From NCBI GenBank assembly GCA_965153285.1, contig OZ229117.1: 64,000 nucleotides of DNA; one strand, 5' to 3'. Each line of letters begins with the position of its first letter. The stretch's first letter is position 1. Of this stretch, positions 1 through 14,495 are shown piece by piece. Under the pieces are notes generated by a model. That model was not told the origin of the DNA, ran no database searches, and saw only the letters and a list, made by a program, of their open reading frames with translations. The translations under genes and the position numbers were made by a program. This DNA comes from Podarcis tiliguerta (lineage: Eukaryota).

Positions 1-262
1 AAAGGCTTCCCACTCTGCAACATCATAGCCCCTGTTCTGGATTCCACTTTAAGCATCAGCCAAAAAGATGTCTCTCCCTATACAGTGAAGGTTCTCATAC
101 CTCAGAGGCTGAATGCCTCATGCAGGGCCCAGGCTTGTTGATTTCTGGAAATCAGAGGCAGCCTGCTGAGCAAACCATCACTAGGCAATTTTGTAAGACA
201 GTCCTTGGGATTTGTCTGCTGAACGGAGCTAAGAGGCCATGTTCAAACATTGGAAAGCTTAC

Positions 263-379
263 CTGCAACAGATCTCGAAACTTGTTGGACATGGCAGCCA
301 TGTCTGAAAGACAGCTGTCAATCTTGGGTTGTGCTTGTTCACCCCCAAACCCCTGGCTAAACAGCTTGGCACAGTCACT
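263..379 (-). CDS. COG4: COG4 exon 14 ([39 protein letters not shown])
   Basis: cacag acceptor, gtaag donor, 117 nt. Confidence 0.95.
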
Positions 380-1075
380 CTGTGTGAAAGCACAAAAGAA
401 CCTGAGGCACAGGAAGAGCCTTGTTTGTTACCAGGAGCAAAGGAGAAACATGACTGGTGATTGTGAGAGAGAACATAGTTAAAGAGAAGTTAAAGAAATG
501 GCCTCTGAAGCTAGACTGGCAAGCAGGAAACAGTGGGCTCATGCATTAGTGTAAATAAACACAGAAGAATCCTCTGCTCACTAACCCTCAGGAGGAAAAC
601 ACTTGGGGGAGGGGGCTGGCCTTAGAAATAGGTGGGAAGACTCTCTGACACAACCGTTTTGTGGGCTCAACACAGTATGCAGAGGGTAACATTTTAAAGG
701 GCAAAGGAAAAAGGCAAGAGCTGACATGGGAGAGGACTTCACTGACAGCCTCTACCTCTTCACACCAAGCAAACCCTCACAGCTAGGGCTAAGCAGGCAG
801 TGGGCAGCTTAAACCCAGTAGCTTATTTTAACAGACATCTTATTGAGAAGTTTTATTTGTAATTTAAGTGTGTTTTCCACCCTAAACTGCTGGGATGAGC
901 CAGTTAAAAAGTTTAAGAAAATGAATCAATCTAGATAAAAGCTCCCAACTGCAGATTTGAGTCTGGCCAACAGGCAACCTCCCATGAGCAAAGAGCGCAG
1001 ACTAACAACAGATAAGAGAAAGATGCCCTCAAGACCTTTCTTGGTAATCAGTGGTGGAAGGTCTGCTGACAGTAC

Positions 1076-1138
1076 CTCCAGGGTCTTCTTTAGTGTCATG
1101 ATGTTTTCACTGCAGATCTCCACATTGTTTAATGTCAC
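1076..1138 (-). CDS. COG4: COG4 exon 13 (VTLNNVEICSENIMTLKKTLE)
   Basis: AG/GT boundaries, 63 nt. Confidence 0.95.
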
Positions 1139-1766
1139 CTAAAGAATGGGAGGAGGCAGAGAGGAAAGGGGGATCAGAATCTTGTGAAATTTGCTACTCC
1201 TGGGAAGATCCTTGCTGTGGGCACCATTAGGATTGGGCACGGAGGACATAGCCATATGCTCTCTTGAGACTTGCCACTGCTTGCTTGGCTAGTGGGTTAA
1301 GACAACCCACCTGTTTGGCTGCCTCCCTCCCTCCCTCTGGACAGAGAATACAGAACACCGTGGCTGACCTCACCACTCCCTCTCCATCCCATTCACCTGG
1401 ATGTAAGTACAACTCTCTTCATTGCAAATACAAAACCTTATTATACTTGACATTCATTCTCGGAGCCCATCACACTGACTTCTACTTGGTGACATCCATC
1501 CTTTCTCACCCAGTTACACTGCTCTGACACTATAGCTTAATCTTCCAGATCCTGGCTAATGCTTATGTAGTTTTATGTAGTTTTTCAATTTCATTGTCCT
1601 GCATGGGACAATGACAATAAAAATATCGTAATCATAATCGTAATAAATAATAATTAGAATTTATATACCGCCCTATACGCTGAGGTCTCAGGGCAGTTCA
1701 CAGAAAAGATCACAATGCTTGCTCCCATTCCTTCCCTATGTCTCCCACCTGTATCGCAGGTGTTTA

Positions 1767-2084
<318 letters not shown>

Positions 2085-2715
2085 TCACTGCCTGCCACCC
2101 TCCTACTCCCAACCTTTATTTAGAACCAGCTTCTATTTCAGCTGCTCATCAGCACATGGAAGTGACACACACAGTTCCCAGGAGGGCTCAGATATTCTGC
2201 TCTCTTGCCCAGGAATATTCTTGAGGCACTTGGCCATCCATCCCCAGAGCATCTGTTCACTGCATGCCAATGAAGTGCCCCTAAAGTCACAGCCCTTCTT
2301 GTGCGCAAAAATGGCCAGGAACCTGGAAGGCTGCAGTATGAAGAAGCCAAGGAATTCTGCATGTAACATTTGCCATTGTGGAACTAGACATGATGGGACC
2401 CTTGTGTCAAATTCAGAATTTCACTCTCTGCTCAAAGAAGAGGCTAGCCTGGTCCTCTCCGCTGCTCCTCTTGAAGCATTTCACAGAAAAGAGGCTGGAA
2501 GTTGACTACCCTTTCAAAGCAGGAGACAAAAGCTTAAGAAGCTTGGAGCAGATACTTATAAGGCAGGTAGGAACCTGCACCTCATGGCGCCATCTGGTGG
2601 AGACCAAGGAGGCCAAAAACCTATGTGCTGAAAATCTGTAACCATAAGCGCTACATTAGGTAAACTGCCTGGACCACCGCAGTCTAGGAGGACCAAAAAG
2701 CTTCACACCACACAC

Positions 2716-2882
2716 CTGAAATCTGACTCCAGCTCCGTGATGGAGTGGTTGATCATAGCACAGAGACAGTCAATGCTGGAGCTGGAAAGAGCCCGCCCAA
2801 TGCACTTCTTCACGATATAGAAGACATCATCCACCATACTGGAGGTCAGCTGACCCTTCTCACATGTGTCCATAGCAACAGC
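2716..2882 (-). CDS. COG4: COG4 exon 11 ([24 protein letters not shown]...ESDFR)
   Basis: AG/GT boundaries, 167 nt. Confidence 0.96.
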
Positions 2883-4734
2883 CTGGCAAAGAAATCGACA
2901 CACATCAATGACTTCCACAGAACACCTACATTGGTGCAGCTGCACTGGCTACCTGCATGTTTCCCAGCCTAATTCAAAGTGCCTGTTTTCACCTATATGA
3001 TTCAGGACCCTGCTGGAGTCATTGATCTTCATCTGAGCCATCCTCTGGGTGCACTCTTTGAGGGAGATTCAGAGAGAAGGAACAAGGGAGAGCATGGCTT
3101 TTCAGCTCTGGTTCCCAGTCTGTGGAAGGCTGTCCCCAGTGAGTTCTGTCTGGCACGGTCAACAACATCCTTCAGGTGCCAGGTTAAAACTTGTCTCTTC
3201 TACCAGGGATATGACCTTGTATGACACCTATTTGATTGCATGCTCTTCCTGCTGATGTTTTTGGTTTTTCTGCTGGCCTTGATTATAGGTTAGCAGAATG
3301 GTTTTACTGAAATGTATTGCCTTATATGTTATGTTGTTCAACCTTTAGTAAGTCACTTAGAGTAAGACAAGTAAATAAGGAGGGCCAACAAGACTCTTCA
3401 CGACCTGCAAAGCCAGCTGATCATGAACTGCTCTGGCAGGCAGGTGCGCCCTCCAAACATGGCCTGCAGTAAAGTTAGTACTTCCCTAGTAGCTGTTCTT
3501 TGGTCAAGTGGAAAGTGAGGCCTTGTGAGAAACCAGTAAGAATTATGGGAGCTGTCCTGTAGCTTTAATCCATGGACTTGTTGGCCCCAAGGGCATGAGA
3601 GGTTTACTATGGGAAAAGAATTCTCTGGCTCAATTGAAGATCTGACACCTGGGTTCAAAGTTATGCACATACACTCTGTGATGTTATCTATCTTTAATTG
3701 CTTGGGAATGTGCATCTGCCTAAGCACCACCAATCTCCATGGGAAGGGAGGAAACACCTTGATCTAGGCTCTGGAGTCTTAATTGGTTCAGGTGCCACAA
3801 GTTAGAATTATTAACCCACAAGCTGGTCATTGGGCAATTCAGATGTAATCAAGGGTTTTGACTGGTCCTGGGGTTTCCAATTCCACGTGCAAATTATGGA
3901 TAAAAGATCTTGAGAATGGTTTGAAAGCACGCGCTCTGCAATTCGCAAAATCGCCCGGCTGCTGATGTCCACCAAAGCAGCCGTCCTTTCGTCTTTTGTT
4001 CTTGTGTGATGAAGAAGGACTTTGAACTGTTCTATCTTTGCTTTAGAGTATAGAAGTATTAGCTAGCTACATTTTACAACGTTCTTATTTTTCTCTGTAC
4101 TTGTAATTCACAAAAAGATGTGCCTGCTTACTAGCATGTTCTTTATGTTTTTTTAAATAAATTTTAAGAAAGAAAACTTCCTCTTGTATTGTGTGTGCCT
4201 ATCCAGAGGAATGGCTAATTCCAACGCCTAGACTTCTTGGTTGCGCTCTACCAAAGGATTTCTGCCTGCAAGCTTGTGGAAGCAACTTGTAGTTTGGGGT
4301 TAGCCGGTAACAAAGGAGCACCGCTGACTCCCTTGAGCTGTGGCTTCTGGTAACCCTGGGTCGAGGGAGTGGTGGCAGCCCTACCAGTTCTATTTTGTCC
4401 TGTTTTTGGAAAAATAAACGGGCTTGCCAGCCTTGCTCCAGAAGCCTGCTCTGGCCGGAGAAGCAAAGACAGGTGAGGGAGGGGCAAGTGGCTGGGCACC
4501 CGATTACTACATGGGCCTTCCAGAATTTGCTGTGCCTGAAGAAGAGAGGATATTTTTTTAATCTATGAAGAGAATTTCAAAGGGGTCTCAAAACCATAAC
4601 AGTCTTTTCTGGTGCTCACACTATAGGCAATTCAGAAATCCCCAACATTACACCCCACAGGAATTTTCAGAGCCCAGTCAATTAGAAGGGCCTCAATCCA
4701 CTATGATGCACTCAGTACCCTAAGATTCAACTCA

Positions 4735-5004
<270 letters not shown>

Positions 5005-5769
5005 TCACCCACTTTGTATTGCAATCAACAGCCTATTTAGGAGGAAAACAAGAACAGTGGAATGATGCTCACACAAGACTTGGGCCAGGGGGGAAAATGC
5101 ACTCAGAATGAATTAGGCAGCAGGTTTTTGGAAGGCTTCCTTAGATCCTGAGGCAGGAGTAGGAGTTATGGCCTGCAAGCTCTGACTCTTTCCCAATATC
5201 AACACCAAGCAGCTTTAAGCCATTTCCACACCCTCCTTGATAACCGCAGCCCAAGGGAACACAACCTTCTTGGCAGGACTGAAGTTGCAGAGGTGAGGGG
5301 GTGGGTTGAGCAATTCCTTAGTCCTGCTCTGTACCTTCCTAAAATGTTAATGCCTCTTGCCTGCCTGGATGGAGGATTGAGACAGATATGTCTGAGTGTG
5401 CCTGGAGAAATCTTGTGCTGTTTGTTGCATGGCTGGAATTCAGCCAGATGTACAAAGGTGAGAGTCATTGTTACTCTGCCCACTTCCATCCCAACCCTAC
5501 CCACATTGGCACATGAATCTTGGGAAATCCTGCCTGATCCAGAGCCCACAAAGCATGGCCAAGGAATCCTAATAGTGCAATCCTAACCATACCTACTCAG
5601 AAGCACGTCGAACTGAATTCAATGGGTAGTAATGCAGCATAATTTGTTAACTTATTATTTCTGTTGTGAAATCTTGCCCATTACACAAGTTCATCTGGTA
5701 AGCCAAACCAACCACAAGTCAAAGAGCATCTCAGATTTGGTTTTGTGCAAGGAGCATTTAAGTTTTCAC

Positions 5770-5903
5770 CTTGCTTCACATCCTCTGAAGCCATGGAATC
5801 TCCCACCTCAAAGTCGGAGATGATGCGCCTTCTAATGAATCTCAGATACAGCTCACTCCGTGCATTCATCAAGGTAACCTCTGTTAAAATGGGGTCAAGT
5901 TCC
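5770..5903 (-). CDS. COG4: COG4 exon 9 ([22 protein letters not shown]...EDVKQ)
   Basis: AG/GT boundaries, 134 nt. Confidence 0.96.
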
Positions 5904-7164
5904 CTGTGAGAAGAAAAATGACAGTCAATAGCAGAACCACTGAGAAAGCAGGCATTTCACAACAAGATGAGGTAGTAGAACAAAGCCCTCAAGACAGCTC
6001 TGGACAGCCAGCAAGTTCATGTTGGAATCCTGAAATTGCCACATGTAAAACAATGCTTCCAGTCAACAAACAAATGTTTGCAGATGTGGAAATGTAGTGC
6101 AATGAGCCATTCTGGGACCATAAGGCTGGCTTTGCCATTTCCTGTCATGCCAATGATTTGTGGTTTTTGTTTACCAGTGCTGTGAAAACCTGTTCCTCAT
6201 AGCAGAGGAACAAGCTTAAGGGGAGGCCTTGCTGTTCCTGCAAGGAAATTGGTTAATAACTGTGCATTTGGGTTTGGCAGGAACAAGAATCCCTAGACAC
6301 CTCAGCGTAGTCATCAGCTGGGTGGCTAAAACTTGAGCTTAGCTATGACCAGAGACAAACTCATAAGGTAGGTAAAACTTGCCACAGCAGCTCTGGAGAG
6401 TGGGTTTTAAACTGGTGCATGTACACCCCCACCCCCACCCCACACTCTTCCTTTCCAGAAAGAGATGCAAACCTCTGGCTGCTGCAAATTGCCTTCAATC
6501 CTATAAATTCACCCAGCTAATTGAACAACTCAAGCAGAGAAATGTAATACCAGCCAGGACTTAACCTAGATTGGAACAGGGTCCAGTTAATGGCCAGTCT
6601 TCAACAGAGCCAGCAACTGCCACAACCCTTTTGAGTACCTTCCTGAGAAAGCATTAGCAACCAAGTGGTAGTTGTCATAATCATTTGCTCCAGCGTGTAA
6701 GTCACCTCATAAGTCCCTGGCCTGCTCATCCTCTCCTCACCACTTTACATTCTTACCTATGCTAATCTACTCTTCCCCCTTTTCCATTCCAATTTGCAGC
6801 TTATATGATCACTCTCTGATGCAAATGGTTCCATCAAACACATAAATACTGTACAACACAATTTCATCTCGTGCAGTCTTCCATTGTGAGACAGGCCAGG
6901 GGAGAAAGCAGGTGATCACCCCTAATCTATGAAAGAGCCTCTGCCTCCTAGTGGACAGATGTCTGGCCCATTGGGTGGTGACAAAGGAGAGCACACTAGA
7001 TGGCATCACAGAGAGAGAACACACTAGTTTCGTAAGACTGGGCCTGGTCCTTTCCAGGATACCTTTGGACATTTAAGTGCCAGGTCAAACCACAATTTCC
7101 CACAATGAAAAGAGTTGTGGCTGAAAAGCAGGAAGGAAAGAGGGGGAGATTTTGGCCAGTTTAC

Positions 7165-7223
7165 CTTGGCTCAATCTTTTCCGCAACTGAACTCCTCATC
7201 ATGCTGTTCTGAACATGCTGAAA
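7165..7223 (-). CDS. COG4: COG4 exon 8 (FQHVQNSMMRSSVAEKIEPR)
   Basis: AG/GT boundaries, 59 nt, phases match neighbours. Confidence 0.92.
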
Positions 7224-7547
7224 CTGCAAGCGTAAGAAGTAGAGAGCTGTTAGAAATCTCTTTTCTGCTTGTTGACTCCTAAATTACCAGTCTCCCCCTG
7301 CTGGAGCAGTAAAAAGGCAACAGGTAGAGGGAAGGAGAGCTAAGGATGACCTCTTCATTCCATACCCAAGGGGAATTTACATAGGAGTTAAAGAGAGATC
7401 AGAAACAGAAGGATGCTGACAGAAGCTTTTGAAAGAAGCATTAAAAAGAAAAGAAAAAACACACTAATAAGCAAACCCCAGAAGTATTTGCTATGTTGGA
7501 CAATAGGAGTCTACAGGGAAATCACCACCAAGCCTTAGAGCATGACT

Positions 7548-7553
<6 letters not shown>

Positions 7554-7592
<39 letters not shown>

Positions 7593-7611
7593 CAGAGAGA
7601 GAGACAGAGAG
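7554..7611. repeat. (GA)n microsatellite
   Basis: Direct reading. Confidence 0.95.
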
Positions 7612-8316
7612 AAACAGAGAAAGCGAGCAAGCTCATTTATTTGCTGGGCCTTGAAGCTCATTGGGTGGCCTTGGACAAGCCAGCTAAACTGACACACAGG
7701 AGAATTGGAAGGCAATGGGTAGCATCGTTACCCATTGGTGTACATGGCACATTGCAGAGTTAGTAACTTAGGGACTACAGGAAAAGTCACTCACCTTCTG
7801 ACATGCCTTGAGTGAGAGGGAAGGGGAGGGTGTGGGGCTGTGGCTGCAGACATTTGGGGGCACTTTTCTGTGTGGAACCTAAAGACCCTTTAGGCACATC
7901 AGCCTGGGTGCACTGGGTGGCCACACTCTGCCCCGATTCTGCCCCATTTTGCAAATGGGACAGAAACAGTGACAGCCACCACTGGGATGTTGTAAAAACT
8001 GAACCAACAGGGATTGAAGGTATACAGCAGGCAGGATGGGGGTGTGGGTGAGAGTAACTGGGGCCACTAGTAATTAGAGCATTTGAGTTCCCTAACCAGC
8101 CAAGAGACTAGCCTTCTGCACTGCCGCCACCACCAGTAAGAGAACACAGGTGACCCCAGCAGCAGCCCACAATGTGAGGTCTGCATGTGCTGTCCCTATT
8201 GTTACAAGCTGCATAAAGGGCTCTCTTGCACCAGCAAACTCAAGAGAAGCCTCATGGAACTGGCTCAAAGTGGGTTCCTCCATGTCTTCCTCAGGCCACA
8301 CTGGCAAGTCTCTCAC

Positions 8317-8474
8317 CTGTCTGTGATAGGATCTCTGCTGGATAAACTTGTCCACAACCTTTTCTACCTGTCGATCACATTCTGTCTGTAGGTGCTTAAT
8401 CAGTGTATAAAGCCTGCCTGGTCCATAGTAGGTCTCCACAATGGGCTGGTGGGTCTCCACAATACGGGCAATCC
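8317..8474 (-). CDS. COG4: COG4 exon 7 ([21 protein letters not shown]...SYHRQ)
   Basis: AG/GT boundaries, 158 nt. Confidence 0.96.
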
Positions 8475-8652
8475 CTAGAAGAAGAAAAAACAGGTGATAT
8501 GAGACTGTTGTACAGTGCTCCAGAAAAAGCTGCCACCCCATCCTGTGAAGACAAAAGGATCATTCCAAACAGAAGTCCAAGACTATCCTCCAACACTTCA
8601 CTGCTTGTGCAATGCTGTCAAGACAGCATCCTGTTTCTAGTAATATGGAGAA

Positions 8653-8840
8653 GGGCCACAGCTCAGTGGTAGAGCATCTGCTTGGCATGCAGATGCTCCC
8701 AGAGTCAGTCCTTAATGGCATCTCCTAGTAGGTCTGGGAACACGCCCCAACTGAAATCATGAAAAGTCCCTGGCAGTCAGTATAGGCAGTACTGAATTAG
8801 ATGGACCAATGGTTTGACTTAGCATAAGGCAAATATTCTA
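8653..8840 (+). mobile_element. tRNA-derived SINE (Squam3-like), degenerate
   Basis: A-box AGCTCAGTGGTAGAGC head and AGATGGACCAATGG...ATAAGGCA tail. Confidence 0.75.
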
Positions 8841-8869
8841 AGGTATTCTCAATGGTGGCAGGGGGTTAC

Positions 8870-8975
8870 CTTCAAAAAGTAGGGTCAGCGTGTCTGCAAA
8901 GATAGCTGCAGCTCTACGGTCACTCATGTCTGTCTTCATCACCAACTGCAGGTTCTCCTCCGCTTTATTTGCAAC
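8870..8975 (-). CDS. COG4: COG4 exon 6 ([12 protein letters not shown]...[10 protein letters not shown])
   Basis: AG/GT boundaries, 106 nt. Confidence 0.95.
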
Positions 8976-9354
8976 CTGAAAAGAATGGAGATCTTTAGCC
9001 TATGTTATCCCACAGCCTCAGTCAAAACTCATGCAAGGACAATCCTCCTCGAGGAGCCTTTTTTTTAAATTAAGATTTTGTTAATCAATCAAATCTTTAC
9101 AGCAGTCCAAGCTGGTGGCCATCACTTTAACCTGTTGCAGATAGTTCCATAGTTGAATTATGTGTTACGTGATGGATATGAGGCTGCTTGTAACTGTGCA
9201 CACATCTACTGTGTCTTTACCCATCTTTTTTCTAAACTGAAAAGTCCCAGTTTCTATAAGACTGACCCACTAGAACAGGAGCAATGGCTCAACCCCAAGA
9301 AGCTCAGAATGCATCTCAGCTGCAAATGAGCAGAGGTTCTCAAGCTACACTTAC

Positions 9355-9548
9355 CTGTTTGCACAGGTACTCGGAGAATTTACTTAGTCCTTCTTCATGC
9401 AAGCCCAGCAAAGGAAATATCTTGAAAAAGCGCTCCACTTGGGGCAGGTCTTCCTGTTTTGTGGCAATGTCAAATTTCTCAGTCACAATCACCTTCAGGC
9501 GCTGTTCTGCCTCCTGCAGAAGCTTCAAGTTGGCCTCAATTATGCTGC
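9355..9548 (-). CDS. COG4: COG4 exon 5 ([14 protein letters not shown]...FSEYLCKQ)
   Basis: AG/GT boundaries, 194 nt. Confidence 0.96.
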
Positions 9549-10075
9549 CTGCCCAGAAAAGGAGAGTCCCAGTATCATTTCTATGCAATGGCTCCGTACT
9601 TAAGGAAGAACTTCCCCTCAGAGGTGGGTCACACATCAATATTATCACTTTAAAAAATGCTCCTTTTTGTTCAGACCTTGGAAGGGCACGGTGATTTGCT
9701 TCTGCTGGTTATCTTATTTCATCCCTTTTGACATTTAATCTGACTTTTAATTAGGATTTATGATGGTTCTGTATTTAAATTCTGTTTATTGTGTTTTTAA
9801 AACATGTGTCATGCCCTGCCCTGAGACCCTTGTGTGAAGCACTAGGGTATTATAAATATGTGAAATAAAAAAAGCGGAATGATAGTAGAAGTGTAGGCAG
9901 CATTTGTTCGTGGTGACAAAGTTGGCTTTTGTTCATTTTTACTAATAACAACAGAAATCATCACAGAAACACAGAATTGAAGGATGACTTCTGGGTGTAT
10001 TCTGTAAAACCAAATGGCACTTAATGTACTTCACAACAATCAGGTGCCTTTTTTGGCTATTGTTAATATATTAGA

Positions 10076-10431
10076 GGGATGTGGGTGGCGCTGTGGGTTA
10101 AACCACAGAGCATAGGACTTGCCAATCAGAAGGTCGGCGGTTCGAATCCCCGTGATGGGGTGAGCTCCCATTGCTCTGTTCCTGCTCCTGCCAACCTAGC
10201 AGTTCAAAAGCACGTCCAAGTGCATGTAGAGAAATAGGTACTGCTCTGGCGGGAAGGTAAACGGCGTTTCCGTGCGCTGCTCTGGTTCGCCAGAAGAGGC
10301 TTAGTCATGCTGGCCACATGACCCAGAAGCTGTACACCAGCTCCCTCGGCCAATAAAGTGAGATGAGCGCCGCAACCCCAGAGTCAGTCACGACTGGACT
10401 TAATGGTCAGGGGTCCCCTTTACCTTTACCC
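10076..10431 (+). mobile_element. Full-length Sauria SINE (Squam1/POM type)
   Basis: tRNA-like head (GTGGCGCTGTGGG; GGTTCGAATCC), ACCTTT-repeat tail, perfect 13-bp TSD TTAATATATTAGA (10063-10075 / 10432-10444). Confidence 0.92.
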
Positions 10432-10496
10432 TTAATATATTAGAATTTCCCCAAATATTGTTTTTACAGTGTAGGGTGGGATATTAGATACAATTA

Positions 10497-10757
<261 letters not shown>

Positions 10758-11839
10758 CTAATGGAGACCACAACACCCGATGTGATGATTTCCCAGGTGG
10801 GTGCTCCACACCAATCCCACCAGCCAGATTGCTGCTCTGTGAGCATGCATTCAAGATACGATAAGCAGGGCCTCCAAGATCCAGCACAGCAGGGAAGAGT
10901 TCTCCAGGATGCAACTAGCCTGGCCACGATCACACACATTCGTCTCATTGAGGCCGGGCCAAAGCAGCACACGCTGCATCAGGATGTCTTTGAAAAACAT
11001 TTGGAAACTTAAGCTGAAGTTTTGACTGCGGCAAGCTTTTTTGCAGCTTGCTATTGCTATTGTCATGGCTTCCAATGACTTCTTCTAAAGTCCTAAACAG
11101 CTTGGAGGCAGACCATCTCTTCCCACAAGGATCCTGCCCATCTGCACAGGGGAGGCTCTGCTCTCAGCACCAAAAGGGTGCCTGGTGGGAATGCAGGGGA
11201 CAACCATTGTCATGGCACTGTGTGTGTGGCATTCCATGCCCTGGGAGATGAGATGAGCTCCCTTCCTAGCAGTTTTCAGATGCCAAGCAATGACATTTAA
11301 TGCCTATAATGCACCCTTTCCTTGCCTATCCCTGTAGTAACTAATATATTTGAATACCTTAGACCCTGGCCTGTTGTCTCTTCGCTCTCTCCCCTTTCTG
11401 TGATCATAGCCCACTTTAACTCCAGGTTAAAAGGTCCCAACATGTCTCTTTATTATGCATGTGAAGGGATATGCCCATGTAAATGGAGAATATGTGGGGA
11501 CAGTCATATTTGAAACAAGTGCATCTGAAACATTTCTGCAACCCTTGACAACTCAAATAAAGACCACATCTCAAAAACAGATGAGTAAAAGGCGACAGCC
11601 TTGTATTATTGAATTTCTATACTGCCCTACTTATGAAGATCATGCGGTAGTTCACAATATAAAAACACAAAAATACATACCATGATAACAAACAATATCC
11701 TCTCAATATTATTATTACTGTGCAGGTATGAAAGGACCAGTGATGGGGGAGAGAAAGAGAAATTCCTCCTTAAATGTCGACAATCACACACAGACATGTC
11801 ATGACAACCCAATCAGACTCAAAGCTCAGTATGGCTTTA

Positions 11840-12040
<201 letters not shown>

Positions 12041-12057
12041 CTACAACTGCTACTCAC

Positions 12058-12140
12058 CCCATGCGATGAAGGGTAGCCATCTTGCTCTCCACAGAGCTCT
12101 GCTGTTCCAGAAGCATCTCCAACTCTTCTTCCACGGCTTT
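12058..12140 (-). CDS. COG4: COG4 exon 2 (KAVEEELEMLLEQQSSVESKMATLHRMG)
   Basis: tttttcag acceptor, gtgagt donor, 83 nt, in frame. Confidence 0.95.
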
Positions 12141-13033
12141 CTGAAAAACAGAAATATAATGCTGCAGGCATAATCAATGCCCAATTTGCAGCTTGTCCCT
12201 TTCAAGATCAATGGTAACGGCATGATTTAAGAACTCAATGTGACATCAGATCAGGGATCCAAGCAAAAGGTTGCTAATAGGGGTTGGGCATGTCATGTGC
12301 TCTATTCTGCATCAGTTTATCCTTTCCATGAAAGAGGGTATGCTTCCTCTCAAACAACAATGGAGTCCGTTACTAGATAAATGGGATATTCAACACTATC
12401 ATATCCTACTCCTGAGCTTCCAGAGGCAGATACTCCCCTGGAATGATCCATCAAGGCTCTTTTGTCTCCTTGGGTTCAGGACCTTTGCACACATGATCAA
12501 TATTTGTTGCACATCACTAGCTCTGATTCTACCCGATCATATGGCACAATCCACATTGGATTTCGGGTCCCCAACATAACGCCCACAACCACTCCCTGTG
12601 GTGTACTCTGAAGACAACTGCACCTGCCCATGCATGCTTAACACTGTGTGGTTCTGCCAAGCAAACTGCAGGCATTCATGTGCCGTACACTCTTCCCTTT
12701 CTTGGCCCAGAGAAATTCCTCTTAGGAAAGGAAGGGGGGCAGCTGGAGGCTCATGCCTTTCTTTGTCTTGCCGCCTTTTCAGGAAAGAAAAAGGCAGGAT
12801 CCTGTTACTACCTTTAACTTTTAAAGAAGAAAGTGATATGGGTGTGTTCCTGGCTGTTTTTATATATATGTTACTTTTACTGGCTTTTATGTTGAGTGGG
12901 TTGGAATGTTTTGCCCGTATTTGAGTGGGTGGCGGCGGCAGCAGGCTTAGTGGGACTGTTTTGCCTTCTTTGTGGGGGTGTTTGGATTGCCTGCGTTTGA
13001 GGTTGCATACCTTTTGGCTGTTTGTTTTGGTAG

Positions 13034-13701
13034 TGTTGTAAACAAAAATTGCCCTTTTCCCTTATGGGGTATCCAAGAGCCCATATAGAGTCCTTACATA
13101 GGTTCCCTATTGGTAGGAGAAAATAACAGAGGCCAACCAGAGACTATTGAGAATCAAAGCAGCTAGTGAGCTTGATCTTTATTGATCTGTTGCAACAGGG
13201 TGCTCCCCTTACATGCAGGAAAGGAGGAGGACCCAGAAAAATGGTGTGCAAGGCCTTATAAAGACTTTTGAAATTGCCACCCTGTAGATCAAGACCACCC
13301 CCAGAAATATCATACATACATAACAGAAGGGGTGTAACCTCAGATACATCATACCTACATCACAGAAATTTAAATGTTGTTTTTCTCTTGTCCTTGTTTA
13401 TCTCCTGTCTGGCAGGTTACTTGATTGGATTTCCTGCGTAGCCTGGCCAGTCTTTTGTAGTGATAAATACTTAATTCCTGGGCCAGGTCACAGGCTCACA
13501 CCCTATTCAAACAGACATATCCTTAAGACAGGATTTGTGAAGGAAAAGAAAATGGGGAGGCTTTTCCATTTTGACCTTGCAGAGAAAAGATTTGGTCAGT
13601 TTAGGAATCAAAATGGTTCCAGGTTGGCCTTCCTGTGCTGATCTATGTACGTGCGGTTATGAACATCACCATATATCTAAGACCTCAAAATTCCTATCAC
13701 A
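13034..13701 (-). mobile_element. Solo LTR (ERV1- or Gypsy-type), 668 bp
   Basis: TG...CA termini flanked by 4-bp TSD GTAG (13030-13033 / 13702-13705). On the minus strand a TATA-like TTTATAAG (~13262-13255) precedes AATAAA (13183-13178); tandem ~27-bp repeats upstream of the TATA. Confidence 0.75.
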
Positions 13702-14159
13702 GTAGGTTTGCTGATACCTCTTTTGCTTGTTTGGGGGGAGGTTGCCTCCCCTTTGACTTGCTTATGATAGTGTTTTCCCTATAGTTTACTTGGGACAAGG
13801 TATTCTGTGTATCACTAGTTTTTGGGTCTTTGCAGTACCCACAACACTTTATTAGATTGCCAAATGTGTCCCAGGCCACAAAAGGTTTGGAACTAGAGTA
13901 CCGACGGTTGTTACAACATCTATCCAGAAACCGAAACAGACACTTGCTCAGATGCACCCAGGCATTTTATCTGTGGAATATTTGTGGCCCTATGACATTT
14001 TAGGTTTTCATCATTTTACCTTGTTTTAAGTTTTGTGAGGGAGAGTCATGAGCATCTATTTAACCCACCCTTTGCCAACCATGCAGCCCCAACATCATTT
14101 GATCACATCTGGTGGGAAACAGGTTGGCGAAAGCTGAGCTCCCATCTTGAAGGAAGGAG

Positions 14160-14495
14160 AACCTAAGAGAGGTTTGATGGCTCAGGCCAAAGGCAGCCCA
14201 CAGAGTCCAGCATCCTTTCCACACCATGGCCAACCAGATGTCCCAAAGGGAAACCCACAAACAGGATATGGGTGCGACAGCAACTCTCCCCTTTGCAATT
14301 CCAGAAACTACTACTATTCAGAAGCATCGCTGCCTCTGACCATGCAAGCAACATATAGACATCCTGGATAATAGCAACTGAAAACCTCCTCTTCCTCCAT
14401 GAATTTGCCCAATACTCTTTTAATGCCCTCTAATTAGTGCCCACCCCTGCCTCCTGCGGAAGGGAGTTCCACAGTTTAGCTCTTTGCCGCGGGAA
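14160..14495 (-). mobile_element. CR1 LINE 3' fragment
   Basis: Minus strand encodes the CR1 ORF2 C-terminal motif KLWNSLPQE followed by a CR1-type 3' UTR. Confidence 0.75.

Noticed and set aside
8653-8730. tRNA-like sequences here and at 10076 and 51791
   Set aside because: They continue into SINE bodies and lack a complete cloverleaf; they are SINE heads, not tRNA genes
13034-13918. Longer LTR boundary suggested by inverted TGTTGTAA...TTACAACA
   Set aside because: Flanks (GTAG vs TCTA) give no TSD, whereas the 13701 end does
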